Of a stretch of DNA of 64,000 bases, positions 46,440 through 56,548 are shown one piece after another. Made by a program: the position numbers and the translations under genes. Below the pieces are notes generated by a model that saw only the letters and a program-made list of their open reading frames with translations, made no database searches and was not told the DNA's origin. Position 1 is the stretch's first letter. Every line of letters begins with the position of its first letter. The stretch comes from an uncultured Pseudomonadota bacterium (GTDB lineage: Bacteria; Oederibacteriota; Muellerivitia; Muellerivitales; Muellerivitaceae): the NCBI GenBank assembly GCA_963843375.1, contig CAWJKT010000004.1:480001-544000 (forward strand). The letters are read 5' to 3'.

Positions 46440-47860
46440 GGTCTCCGACACGTTTAGTGGAAGCGTGAGCCTCACCTGTGCACCGGCGAGAGCGTGATGC
46501 CTCCGCAGCAGAGGGTGATGAGGGCGATGAGGCTGGTAGCGGAGTGGAAGCCGAAGCTGCGGCGAGTGATCGTGCGGATCTTGCCATTGAGGCCTTCGCT
46601 GCGTCCGCTGTTCAGGCCCGTGGCGCAGTAGGCGACGATCCCCTCGATGTGCTTCTTGATGGTGCGCGCGACCTTGCGGAACGGGGGCAGCCGGGAACGC
46701 ATCGCCCAGGAGGTCCAGTCGAGCAGCTTGTCGCGTGCGACGTTGACCTGGGCGCCATCGAGGATCTTCGCGAGCGTCTCCTTGAGCAGGTAGGCGCGAT
46801 ACAGCGGCCGGTTGGTCCTCTGCACGTCGGTGAGCTTGCCCCGCTCGACGTCGGTGAGGTTCCACGGATTCTTCTGCAACGCGAAGCGTGTGCCTTTGAT
46901 GGCTTGCTTTTCGTCGGCGTCGGCGGCGCGCCACTGCTGACGGCGCACTGTGTCGAGCGCGTCGTGGGCGAGTCGCTGGACGTGGAAGCGGTCGAAGATC
47001 AGCCGGGCCTCCGGCGAGGCTTCGGTGACGGCCTTGATGTAGGCCGCCGACAGGTCGAGCGTGACCGCCTCCAGCTTCGCGCACCGCTGCTTTCCCAGCT
47101 CTTCGAAGAAGGCGCCGAGCGTGGCGGCGTCCTTGCCCTCGCGAGCCCACACGACGGCGCCGCGATCGTGGTCGATCACGACGGTGACGTACTCGTGGTG
47201 GCGGCGATAGCTCAGCTCGTCGACCCCGATGCGCGTCAGGTCGTCGAGGGGGTCGGCCGTCCGGTGGCGAGGCACGACGCGCTCGATGATCGCTCCGACG
47301 GTTCGCCAGGCGATCCGCATCAGCGAGCTGAGCGTCGTCTTGTCCGCCCGCTGTGCCAGATACGCGACCTGCTCCTCGAAGTCGTAGGTGAACCAGGATT
47401 GGCTCTCGGCCCACGGGACGAACTCGACGACCACACCGCAACGGGGGCAGTCGACGCGCCGGATCGCGTATCGAAGCCACACCCGGAACGGACCCACGTC
47501 GAGGTGGCGCCAATCGCGCGCGCGTCGGTCGTGAACCGCGCGTACCCGGCACATGCAGCCTGAGCACCGCGCGATGCGCGTGGTCGGGACCACCTCGACG
47601 ACCAGGCCCTCGTCGTCGCAGCACACACCGCGAACACGTGTCGCCTTCAGCCCGAGAATCTTCGAGAGTAGAGTGGTCGCGCGCATGGGGGAGCGGGTTG
47701 CCTTTCGTGTCTAGACAACCGCAAGGTACCCCCTCCCTCGTGTGCACCTGCCCCTGCCACCCCCCCCCGGCCGTCTCGACCTACCCAGACGCCCTGAGAA
47801 TCAGGCTGTCAGAAGCCGCAGCCCTGGCCTCCGACCTTCCACTAAACGTGTCGGAGAACC
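46440..47860 (-). mobile_element. ISL3-family insertion sequence
   Basis: terminal inverted repeats with 22-bp perfect core TCTCCGACACGTTTAGTGGAAG (46442-46463 and 47836-47857) enclosing the transposase. Confidence 0.92.
46472..47686 (-). CDS. tnpA: ISL3 transposase
   Basis: zinc finger CSGC/CPRC, IGVDE, TLDLS, DRFHV, SEGLNGKI. Confidence 0.95.
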   Translation of the reverse strand: MRATTLLSKILGLKATRVRGVCCDDEGLVVEVVPTTRIARCSGCMCRVRAVHDRRARDWRHLDVGPFRVWLRYAIRRVDCPRCGVVVEFVPWAESQSWFTYDFEEQVAYLAQRADKTTLSSLMRIAWRTVGAIIERVVPRHRTADPLDDLTRIGVDELSYRRHHEYVTVVIDHDRGAVVWAREGKDAATLGAFFEELGKQRCAKLEAVTLDLSAAYIKAVTEASPEARLIFDRFHVQRLAHDALDTVRRQQWRAADADEKQAIKGTRFALQKNPWNLTDVERGKLTDVQRTNRPLYRAYLLKETLAKILDGAQVNVARDKLLDWTSWAMRSRLPPFRKVARTIKKHIEGIVAYCATGLNSGRSEGLNGKIRTITRRSFGFHSATSLIALITLCCGGITLSPVHR

Positions 47861-48099
47861 CTTCTTTTGTGGGTGGAGCTGGTAGCTGCGGACTTCAGCG
47901 CACGGCGCCTCGGTCCGCCGCGCCCATCGAGATAGTCGGGGTGCTGGACGCCGAGCGACGAGCAAGACGACGCCCGAGACCTAGATGAAGCACCGTGAAG
48001 TCCTGCCCCCTGCGAGCCTCCCGTGCAGTCCACGCCGCATCCGGTGCGGTAGGCGGAGCCCCGACTGCCGCACCCTGCGCAGTCGCGGAATTCGACGCG

Positions 48100-49011
48100 C
48101 TATCGCAATGTGCCATCCGCGCCATCCGGTGGATGCGAGAGTCCCGCCGCGACCAGGGGTAGGCCCGCGACTACCGCCAGTTTCAAAAGCGCCTGGTAGG
48201 GAACACGGTTGAGGTTCGCACGACGCTTTAGATCGTCCAGAAGAGCAAAGGGCATGCGTACGGCGACGAGCCGACTCTTTGCCGTCGTCGCCCCCGATCT
48301 CTTGCGCCGCGTAGTGGCGGACGCTTTCGCCTCGTTCGAGAGGGCTGCTGCCGACGTTCCCGACGGCGCACCCGTGACCTCGGCGACAACTTGCTTCGCT
48401 CGCGCCGCCGACCAGCGCTCTCGGACGCAACGCGCCACCATGTCGCTCCACTTGTCCGGAGGGGCTCCGACCGCGATTTCCGCAATGGCCTCCGTCCGCT
48501 TCCGGCAGGCCACGACCTCGTCGGTGGAAAGCCCGTGGCGAACAGCCTCGAACGCGCGGGCCGCGTGCCGGTAACGGCGAAGCCGAGACGGGGCCACGCC
48601 GAGCGTCTTTGCGAGGGAGTCGAGCCCTTGCCCAGCCCGCCCCTGAGCGGGCTCGATCTTCAGCACGTGCAGTCCGACTTCGAGCGGCGTCAGCCCATGC
48701 TGCACATTTGTGAAGAGGAGTTCTACCAGCGCTTCCTCGTCGGTCATCTCGGCGACGAAGGCGACGAGATGGTCTAGCCCCTCAGCGACCGCGGCATCGA
48801 GGCGGTGATGACCGTCGAGCATCTGGTACCGGTTCTCCCTCAGCCGACGCAGCTTTACCGCCGACTCCACCGGGTAGACGCCCCCCCCGTCGCGAATGCG
48901 TTCCCGGAAGCTTTCGACGGTATCGGAGTGAGTCGCCAGTCGGGGATTATCGGGGTTGCGCTCAATGAACGCCATCTGGATGCGAAGAGGGTGGGCGCAG
49001 TACTGGACCAT
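48100..49011 (-). CDS. ParB/Srx N-terminal domain protein with HTH and C-terminal CopG/BrnA-like ribbon-helix-helix
   Basis: NPDNPR, DGHHRLDAA, LAKTLGVAPSRL, VAVRMPFALLDDLKRRANLNRVPYQALLK. Confidence 0.75.
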   Translation of the reverse strand: MVQYCAHPLRIQMAFIERNPDNPRLATHSDTVESFRERIRDGGGVYPVESAVKLRRLRENRYQMLDGHHRLDAAVAEGLDHLVAFVAEMTDEEALVELLFTNVQHGLTPLEVGLHVLKIEPAQGRAGQGLDSLAKTLGVAPSRLRRYRHAARAFEAVRHGLSTDEVVACRKRTEAIAEIAVGAPPDKWSDMVARCVRERWSAARAKQVVAEVTGAPSGTSAAALSNEAKASATTRRKRSGATTAKSRLVAVRMPFALLDDLKRRANLNRVPYQALLKLAVVAGLPLVAAGLSHPPDGADGTLR

Positions 49012-49185
49012 GCCTCCCCATTACACTGAAAGATCCGTCCACGACGCGACTGCAAGTGGCTTCCGCACATTTGTTCGGAGGTCGCTCGCCGGATCGCGGA
49101 GCCATCGGTGTAAGGAGCGCTAGCCGGTCGACAGCGGCGGCCGAGTCGGCGGCCGTCACGGCCCGCCAAACAAGATGAGGACCAA

Positions 49186-50217
49186 ATGAGTAGAACATCC
49201 GTTGTGACGATCGACGACATTCCCGGACTACGGCAGAGCATGACCAAGCGCGCCGAGGAGGTTGCGCCGTTTCCCGTCACTCGCATTCGAGACGTCGAGG
49301 ACATGGATGAGGCAGGCCGCTGGCTCGTCGACGACATCTGGCCAACCGAGGGGGTTGGGCTTCTGGCGGGATCCCCCAAAACGGGGAAGACCTGGGTCGC
49401 CCTCGAACTCGGGATTGCCGTTGCGAGCGGTAAGCCATTCCTCGGGTCATACCCGGTACCCAAGGCCGGCCCCGTGTTGATGTTCGGCGCCGAGGATCGG
49501 CCCGGCGATTTGAAGGCCCGTGTCGTCGGAATTTGCAACGCGCGGGCGGTGGAGATCGATGCGCTCGCCTTCGATCTGATCGACATCCCGAGCCTGACGC
49601 TGGACCGACCTGCCGAGTTCGCCCGGCTGCAAGCCACCGTTAAGAAGGAGCGGCCGGCTCTCGTCATCCTCGACCCCTTCGTTCGGCTCTTCCGAGGATC
49701 GGAGAACGACGCCGGCGCCGTCTCTCGCGTCCTCGGTCAACTTCGCGCTCTTCAGCGCGAGTTCGCCGTCGCCGTCCTCGTTGTACATCATGTCCGAAAG
49801 CATGCTGTCCAAGGCGGAGCCGAGAACATCCGCGGCAGCGGCGACTTCCACGCGTGGGCGGACTCGTCGATCGTCCTGCGACGGCGGGGCCAGAACGTCG
49901 CAGACGTCAAGATCGAGCACCGGAGGACCCGGTCGCCGGAGCCGTTCCGCGTCGCGCTCGCAGGAGAGGGCGACGTGCACTTGGAGGTGGTCGCTTCGGC
50001 GGAGAACAACGGACAGGTCGTAGCGGACGAGAGGACACGCGCGCTGAGCTTCATCCGCGAGCGCCGTCTGGTCGGTCGCACCGAGCTGCGGGAGCACCTG
50101 CAGATCCGAAACGAGCGGGTGGGAGAGCTCCTCGAGCAACTGTGTGCGGAGGGGCTCATCGTGCCCGAGGGGCGAGCATGGGCGGCGGCTCCCCGTTCCG
50201 TTCCGTCCTCCACCTGA
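49186..50217 (+). CDS. AAA_25 / RecA-like (RepA-type helicase) ATPase with C-terminal winged helix
   Basis: Walker A GSPKTGKT, Walker B LVILDP, VVHHVRK, IRGSG. Confidence 0.85.
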   Translation: MSRTSVVTIDDIPGLRQSMTKRAEEVAPFPVTRIRDVEDMDEAGRWLVDDIWPTEGVGLLAGSPKTGKTWVALELGIAVASGKPFLGSYPVPKAGPVLMFGAEDRPGDLKARVVGICNARAVEIDALAFDLIDIPSLTLDRPAEFARLQATVKKERPALVILDPFVRLFRGSENDAGAVSRVLGQLRALQREFAVAVLVVHHVRKHAVQGGAENIRGSGDFHAWADSSIVLRRRGQNVADVKIEHRRTRSPEPFRVALAGEGDVHLEVVASAENNGQVVADERTRALSFIRERRLVGRTELREHLQIRNERVGELLEQLCAEGLIVPEGRAWAAAPRSVPSST

Positions 50218-50234
50218 GGGGTGGAACGGAACGG
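50193..50234. repeat. inverted repeat (12-bp arms) between convergent genes; terminator or binding site
   Basis: CCGTTCCGTTCC (50193-50204) and GGAACGGAACGG (50223-50234). Confidence 0.7.
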
Positions 50235-50259
50235 AGTGGTCGGAGACTGTCGCCCCTCG

Positions 50260-50547
50260 TCAGCGCGGCGCGCCGCCGAGGCTCGCGTCGTGCACGAGGC
50301 GGAACCGGTCGGCGCGTGCGTAGATGTGGGTCCGCGTTCCTTGGCGGCGGCGCTGGACCAAGCCTTTCGCGGCGGCGAGGACGTCCAGGTGGTGCGAAAC
50401 GGTTGAGCTTGTGTAGCCGAGAGCGCGGGCAACCTCTCCCACGGTGCATCCCTGGTGCTCGAGTATGAAGATGAACGTTGCGACGCGGGTGGGGTCGCTG
50501 ATCGCGGCGCCGAGGGCGGTGACGGCGTCGACGATGTTGGGAGTCAT
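50260..50547 (-). CDS. ArsR/SmtB-family HTH regulator
   Basis: ISDPTRV..I, TVGEVARALGYTSSTVSHHLDVL, GLV. Confidence 0.85.
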   Translation of the reverse strand: MTPNIVDAVTALGAAISDPTRVATFIFILEHQGCTVGEVARALGYTSSTVSHHLDVLAAAKGLVQRRRQGTRTHIYARADRFRLVHDASLGGAPR

Positions 50548-50572
50548 CGTCCTTGCGTTTATATCAATGGTT

Positions 50573-50586
50573 CATCAAAATTGATG
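50573..50586. promoter_or_regulatory. putative ArsR operator (6-2-6 palindrome)
   Basis: CATCAA-AA-TTGATG in AT-rich DNA about 25 bp upstream of the ArsR start. Confidence 0.45.
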
Positions 50587-51078
50587 TTGTCACTTCGTCA
50601 TGTAGTTCTCACTATTTCGCGCGTTCCTTCGGCAATTCTTGTATTTCGCAAATTGGCGCCCTGCCTCCTTGAGGGGCGCGATTCGCGCAGAAGCGACGCC
50701 ACGATCATTTCACGAAACATAATCGAGCGGTTCCGTGTACTCTTATTAGTTTTGGCGCTGCTTCGAAACGACGGCGACGAGGATCGCTTCGGTCTGCAGT
50801 CTGAGCTCTTCACATGGCGAGGCGTCGCTCTCCCTGAGAGTAACCAGCGGTCCCCACACGACGGCTGCGAAGAGGCCGTCACCGCTCCGAAAGCGCGCGG
50901 TCCCGATGACCTGCAGGTAGCGGCTGATCGGCCTCTGGCTCACGCGGGAGACGCGGGAGCCGTGAACCAAAATGAGGGGCTCGGCCACAGTGACGAGCGC
51001 CCTGGGGAGGGCGCCCTTCGTCATCGGTTCGGAAGACACCGATGCGCGACGATGAGCCGAAAGTCGACTCCCGCCGCC

Positions 51079-51633
51079 TCAGTGTTCCAGGTAGACGTCG
51101 ACTCTGCGGTCGTGCGCCCAGCCAGTTTCATCCTGGCCGGTTGCGTCCATTGCACCACGCGAAGTCGTCGAGGAATGGGTCGTGCCGAGGCCATGGCCCA
51201 AGAGGTAGCCGGCGACGGAATCGGCGCGGGACTGGCCGAGAGTCATGTTGTACTCGTCGGCACCGCGCGGATCGGCGTGACCGACGAGGCGGAGCCGGTG
51301 TCCGGCCATCGGTCCCCGAGTGAAGCACGTCGCGAGCTGGTCGAGCGGCCCATGATCGAAGGTCGTGAGCCGTGACGAATCGAACGCGAAATAGGCATCC
51401 GCATCGGGGATATCGCACGCGCGGAGAAGCTCCTCCGAGAGGATCACGTTCGAGGCAGTCGGTGTGTCGGGCACGAGAGGCTGGACGTTGGTTCTCCCGA
51501 GCGGCTCCGCAGGCGGAGCCACAGGAGCCTGAGCTTGGACCTGCTTTGCTCCCCCGCAGGCTCCGAGAAGGAGCGTGATAGCGGCCGTGGAAACGATGCG
51601 GGCGACGCGTCTTGAATGAACCAGCGACATCAT
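51079..51633 (-). CDS. OmpA/Pal-family lipoprotein
   Basis: LGAC lipobox; YFAFDSS, GHADPRG..EYN..LGQSRA, DRRV. Confidence 0.92.
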   Translation of the reverse strand: MMSLVHSRRVARIVSTAAITLLLGACGGAKQVQAQAPVAPPAEPLGRTNVQPLVPDTPTASNVILSEELLRACDIPDADAYFAFDSSRLTTFDHGPLDQLATCFTRGPMAGHRLRLVGHADPRGADEYNMTLGQSRADSVAGYLLGHGLGTTHSSTTSRGAMDATGQDETGWAHDRRVDVYLEH

Positions 51634-51668
51634 GGAAACCTCCGATTTGTGAGCTGGTAGACGGCCAC

Positions 51669-51684
51669 TGCATCGCGCGTACCG
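51669..51684 (-). promoter_or_regulatory. putative sigma-54 promoter of the OmpA gene
   Basis: minus-strand CGGTAC-GCGCG-ATGCA, followed by a GGAGG RBS. Confidence 0.45.
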
Positions 51685-51949
51685 AGCCGTACGATTTGGC
51701 GGAAACCCGGCTTTCGAAGGCCGATCAGCACGCAGTCAATGCGTTCACGCGTCGAGGTTGCGCCGACGCATAGCTGCGTGTGTCACGAGGGGCGCACCAT
51801 CGCACTGCGTCCGCGACGGTGTGACCCTCCCAGCTTCAATCGGGCCACTGATCTGAGTGTCGCCGGGGAATCCCCACTGAAGACACCATCCTCACCCCGA
51901 GTGCGCGGTAACAGAATGGAGGACAGCCGAGATCACGTCCCACGCAAGC

Positions 51950-53464
51950 ATGGCGATCTCCATCACCTCTGTGTCCGTCGCCTCGCGGATGGACGCGATC
52001 TACTACGGGAAAAGCGTCATCCGACCCGTGGTGGCTGTCGTCAAGTCCGTCGCCTCCGCGGTCTCCATCGGGAGCGGGGGCTCGGTGGGGCGCGAGGGGC
52101 CGATCGTGCAGATCAGCGACGCCTTCGCGTCCTGGCTTGGACAGAGCGCCCGCGTGTCGAGGTGGCAACGGGCAACGCTCGTTGCAGCCGGGGGAGGAGC
52201 TGGCATCGCAGCGACGTTCAACACGCCGATTGGAGGTGTGCAGTTCGCGGTCGAGGTGCTCTTGCACGAGGTGAGCGTTCGCACCCTGACCCCCGTGGCC
52301 TTGTCGACCGCCACGGCGACCTACGTGGGACAGCGCCTCTTCGGCAACGCGCCGGCGTTCGTGGTCCCGGCCGTGCAAGCGTCGGTGACCGCGGCGGTCT
52401 TGCCGGCCTACGTCCTCTTGGGTGGGCTGATGGCGCTGGTCGCCGTTGCGTTCATCCGTGTCCTCTACGGCACGGAGGACCTGTTCGAGAGAGTCATTCC
52501 GCGCCATGACTATCTGCGGCACGTCGCCGGGATGCTCGCGGTCGGAATCACCATCGAGCTCCTGATGGTCCGGCGAGGGCACTACTACGTCGAGGGGGTC
52601 GGCTATTCGACCATCGTCGACGTGCTGACCGGGCAACTCACTGGCGTCGGCTGGCTGGTGGCCCTGTTCGTGCTCAAACTGGCGATGACCTCGCTGACGC
52701 TCGGCTCGGGCGGGTCCGGTGGTGTCTTTTCGCCGTCGCTCTTCATGGGCGCGACCCTCGGAGCGGCGTTCGGCCTCGTGATGCGTGCGCTCTTCCCGGG
52801 CATGCCGTTCGACACGGCGGCCTTCGCTCTGGCAGGGATGGCCGGGCTCGTCGCCGGGGCGACCGGCGCGGCGTTGACGGCGATCGTGATGATCTTCGAG
52901 ATGACGCTCGACTACTCCGTCGTCTTGCCTCTGGCCTTGACGGTGGCCGTGAGCCATGGAGCTCGCCGTCTCCTCCTGGCGCAGAACATCTACACGATGA
53001 AGCTCGCCCGTCGCGGCCACTACATGCCCGAGGCGTTGCAAGCCAACGCGTACCTCGTTCATCACGTCGGCGACATGACGATGGCGACCGCGGCTACCCT
53101 GCCGGCCGATGCGAGAGTCGATCGACTGTCCGTCCTCGAGTGAACGGGCCGCGCGGAGTACCTGGTCCTTTGGGCCCAGGACGGGGTGACGGGCGTCGTG
53201 CCGCGCGAAGCGATCAGGGTCCAGACGGAAGGCTCCCGCGAGGAGGCGCTTCCTGCGGGTCTCATCCGGCACGACTTCGTGACCGCGTCCACCGAAACCA
53301 CAATCTTCGACCTCATCGTAAGCTTTCAGCGAGCGAAGGCCGAACTCGCGGTGGTCCTTGCGCCGGAAGGCGAGGCGAAGGACGCCGCTCGCGTCCGGGG
53401 CGTAGTCACGAAGACTCACCTGGCGGAGGCGCTGGCGGAAGGTATGGAAATCTTCGAGGACTGA
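51950..53464 (+). pseudogene. ClC chloride channel with CBS-like tail; 5'-truncated, in-frame TGA at 53141-53143
   Basis: GSVGREGP, FNTPIGG..VE, GGVFSPSL, IYTMKL; the same frame resumes to 53464. Confidence 0.75.
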
Positions 53465-53913
53465 TGATCATCTACGCGCGCATTCTGGTCCCCATCGACG
53501 GCAGCGCTTACAGCGATGCAGCTGTCGCGCACGCCCTCGCGATTGCCAAAGCGATGGGGTCGACCGTCGTCTTTCTCTTCGTGATGGACACCCTGAATGC
53601 CCGCCAGGAGGGTGTCGTAAATGTGCAGGAAGCGAGGGTGGCGCTGGCCGCGCGCGGAAGGCCAATCCTCGATGGGGCCGAGGAAGCGGCGGTCGCCGCG
53701 GGCGTAGGAGCCGAGGGCGAGCTGGTCGAGGGGGTTCCGGCCGACGTGATCGGGCAGAGAGGGGCGGACTTCAATCTCGTCGTGATGGGAAGCCACGGAA
53801 AGAGTCTGTGGAAGCGGTTGACCGTCGGATCCGTCACGCAGGCCGTCCTGCACCAGCTCTCCCGTCCGGTGCTCGTCGTCCGAACGGCCGCGGAGAGTGC
53901 GCCAACCGGGTGA
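53464..53913 (+). CDS. universal stress protein
   Basis: ILVPIDGS, LVVMGSHG, GSVTQAV; TGATG coupling to the upstream gene. Confidence 0.9.
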   Translation: MIIYARILVPIDGSAYSDAAVAHALAIAKAMGSTVVFLFVMDTLNARQEGVVNVQEARVALAARGRPILDGAEEAAVAAGVGAEGELVEGVPADVIGQRGADFNLVVMGSHGKSLWKRLTVGSVTQAVLHQLSRPVLVVRTAAESAPTG

Positions 53914-54316
53914 CGCCTGTCGTCGCCGTCGGCCGGTCGATCGCGGCGCGCCGCGACCCAGCGCGGGCTTGTGGGCTCCGACACCGCTCGGAACCGGGCA
54001 CGAAACCGATCGCGTCCTGCTGAGAACCTCCGGCCGTCCGAGGTTGTCGTCACCTCGATCGCTATTCCCCCGGCCGTCGATCAGCGTGAACAGCGGGTCG
54101 GCGGTCGGGGGCCTCGAGGAACCCCTATCGAGGACAGCGCCCTCGGCGCGCCCTTACCATCGCACACGCCGCTCCGAGCGCGCCGGGGCGAATCGTCGCA
54201 CGTGCCCCGCGGGGGCCTCCCCGGCCACAAGCTCTCGCCACGGCCCTTGTCACCCCGATGAGCGACATCGAGAATGTGGCGCGGGCCGGCGCTGTCGAAG
54301 AAGTGAAAGCGAGATC

Positions 54317-55819
54317 ATGATGCGAAGCTCACGAGTCTTGGCGTGTCTGCCCTGCCTTGCCTTCATCGCCGGTTGCTCCTCATCGAACGCGGGCGGACCC
54401 GCCCCGGACAGCGGGAGCCAAGAGGCTTCGATCGAATCCGAAGGGGGGGCCGAAGGCGGAACGGCCGCATGCAACGGCAGCGTGCTTCCGGAGTTCGTGA
54501 CGCAGAATCTCACGCTGACGCGGGCGTGCAGCCCCTACCATGCGTCGCTGCCGGTCCTGGTCGGCGGCGCCACGAACCATCCGGTCCTGACGATCGAGCC
54601 GGGCGTTACCGTGACATTCGCGTCTGGCGCATACCTCTCGGTCGGCATGGGACAGACCGCGGCGGCCCCCGGCGGACTGCAAGCCGTAGGCAGCGCCGCT
54701 TCGCCGATCGTCCTGACTTCGGACGCCGCGAGTCCGAACGCCGGAGCCTGGGGTGGCGTCTACTTCAATCCGACCGCCGACGCGACCTCGACGCTGACTG
54801 ATACCGTCGTGAAGTACGCGGGCCAGCAATTTGCTCCTTTGCTCAACACCCCCGTCGATCGCGGCTCGGTGTACGTCGACGCAGGAACGGCATCGCCGCT
54901 GAGCAATTCCACCCCGCTGCACATCCTTCTGTCGAACCTCACGGTGAGTAACAACGGCGGTAGCGGCGTCGTCTTCTTCGGGCCGTACGCTGGTTTCGCC
55001 ATGTCCTCGGGAGCGCTCACCATCCCCGACTGGGCGAGTGGCGGCTACCCCATCGTGATCGACCCCAACTCGGCCGACACCCTTCCGACGACATTGACGA
55101 CCGGCAACGGTCATCAGGGCGGCGTCGGAATCCTCGCGGAGGAAGCGAACATCGGCGGAGGCGGCCAAGACATCCTCGTCCACAACGAGACCTGGCCTTC
55201 GCTTCCCATCCCGTACATTGTCGATGAGTCCAACTATTCAGACACCAGCAGCGCGGGCGACTGCGGCCTTTTTGTCGACGGGACCGACAGCGCAACCGTC
55301 ACGCTCACGATCGCCGCACCCAACACGGTCGAGTTCCAGAAACCCCCGGCCGGTGGAGCGTGCGGCATCTACGTGAGCCAGAATCATTCGGGCGGCCAGA
55401 TCATCGCGAACGCATCGGTGTCGGCTCCCATCGTGTTCACCTCCGCGCAGACGATCCCCGCTCCTGGAGACTGGGCGGGGATCACCATAAGCTCCGATAC
55501 GACGGACTTCGGCGCGACGAGCTTCGCCTACTGCACGTTCTCGTATGCAGCGGCGAGCACCTACGGGGCACCGCCCGGGTCGAGTGAACTGTTCTTCAAC
55601 GGCAACCCAGCCTGCCTTCCGGGCGGGGGCGGATCGGGGACCGCTGGGCCGCCTGTCACCAACTGCACTTTCACAAACTACGCCGGCTGCGCCATCGACG
55701 GGCTCGACCTGCTCAACGAGGGAACCACGTACGGGGCGGGCACGACCGGGAGCCACGGGAATACCTTCACCCCCGTCTCCGGCAATGCGGCGGGCGTGTG
55801 CACGCAGACGAACTGCTAA
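54317..55819 (+). CDS. secreted lipoprotein with beta-helix-like repeats
   Basis: IAGC lipobox; two copies of LTI..G/PIV(L/F)TS...G.W.G motif. Confidence 0.75.
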   Translation: MMRSSRVLACLPCLAFIAGCSSSNAGGPAPDSGSQEASIESEGGAEGGTAACNGSVLPEFVTQNLTLTRACSPYHASLPVLVGGATNHPVLTIEPGVTVTFASGAYLSVGMGQTAAAPGGLQAVGSAASPIVLTSDAASPNAGAWGGVYFNPTADATSTLTDTVVKYAGQQFAPLLNTPVDRGSVYVDAGTASPLSNSTPLHILLSNLTVSNNGGSGVVFFGPYAGFAMSSGALTIPDWASGGYPIVIDPNSADTLPTTLTTGNGHQGGVGILAEEANIGGGGQDILVHNETWPSLPIPYIVDESNYSDTSSAGDCGLFVDGTDSATVTLTIAAPNTVEFQKPPAGGACGIYVSQNHSGGQIIANASVSAPIVFTSAQTIPAPGDWAGITISSDTTDFGATSFAYCTFSYAAASTYGAPPGSSELFFNGNPACLPGGGGSGTAGPPVTNCTFTNYAGCAIDGLDLLNEGTTYGAGTTGSHGNTFTPVSGNAAGVCTQTNC

Positions 55820-56032
55820 AGCGAGACCGGCGAAGCCGCCTTCGGAGAAGTCGCAGGCCCACCGCGAAGCGACCCTACGCGATCCTCAGGCGTTCGACAG
55901 CGGACGCTCTGGGGGTGCCAAGCCCGTGAACATCGATCGCATGCCCGGAGTGACCAGAGTGGGCAGAATGAGGACGACGGTGCTCGACAGCAAAGGTCGA
56001 CTTGCGCGATAACGCCCAATAGAGGACGAACC

Positions 56033-56548
56033 ATGAGGAAGGACGTGCGTCTGCTGTTTGCTGTCGTGCTTACCGCGGGCTGTTCCAGGACGAGCGCGTC
56101 ACCCCCGTCCGACGACCACGAGGCGAAGGCCGAACCGCGAGCGGAACGTCCGGGTCTCGGGGAGGTCATGGTGCAGGTGGGGCGGCGCTTCGAGGTGGCC
56201 GGACGGGCGGCTTCGGCGAACCGCTTCGAGCTGGCCGCATTCGAGGCCGACGAACTCGGAGAGCTGTTCGAAAACGACGTGCCACGCGCGAGCTTGCCCA
56301 AGGAAGGACCAACGGCGCAGATTCCGGCGATGGCCAAGGCCTTCCTGGACGCAATCCCGCCGGAGCTGAACAGGGCGGCGGCATCTAGGGATCGTGCCGC
56401 GTTCGCCCTCGCCTTTCAGCACGCGGCGGCCATGTGCAATGCCTGCCACAAGTCGGCCGCGAAGGGATTCATCCAGGTGCCGTCGGTTCCTGGTCAGTCC
56501 GTGCCCATGCTCGACCCGCTCCCGCCCCCTTCTGGCTCGAGCCGATGA
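56033..56548 (+). CDS. c-type cytochrome lipoprotein (cytochrome c'-like)
   Basis: TAGC lipobox; C-terminal CNACH; helical composition. Confidence 0.7.
   Translation: MRKDVRLLFAVVLTAGCSRTSASPPSDDHEAKAEPRAERPGLGEVMVQVGRRFEVAGRAASANRFELAAFEADELGELFENDVPRASLPKEGPTAQIPAMAKAFLDAIPPELNRAAASRDRAAFALAFQHAAAMCNACHKSAAKGFIQVPSVPGQSVPMLDPLPPPSGSSR

Noticed and set aside
47870..47886. tRNA/tmRNA 3'-end-like att site (CCAGCTCCACC on the minus strand)
   Set aside because: Match too short, no partner repeat and no integrase
51833..51872. GCTTCAATCGGGCC...GGGGAAT resembling one CRISPR direct repeat (ATTGAAGC end on the minus strand)
   Set aside because: Single degenerate copy, no second repeat at spacer distance, no cas genes
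53141..53143. Selenocysteine or programmed readthrough in the ClC gene
   Set aside because: Position is in a non-catalytic CBS-like region, no SECIS could be identified, and the gene is also 5'-truncated
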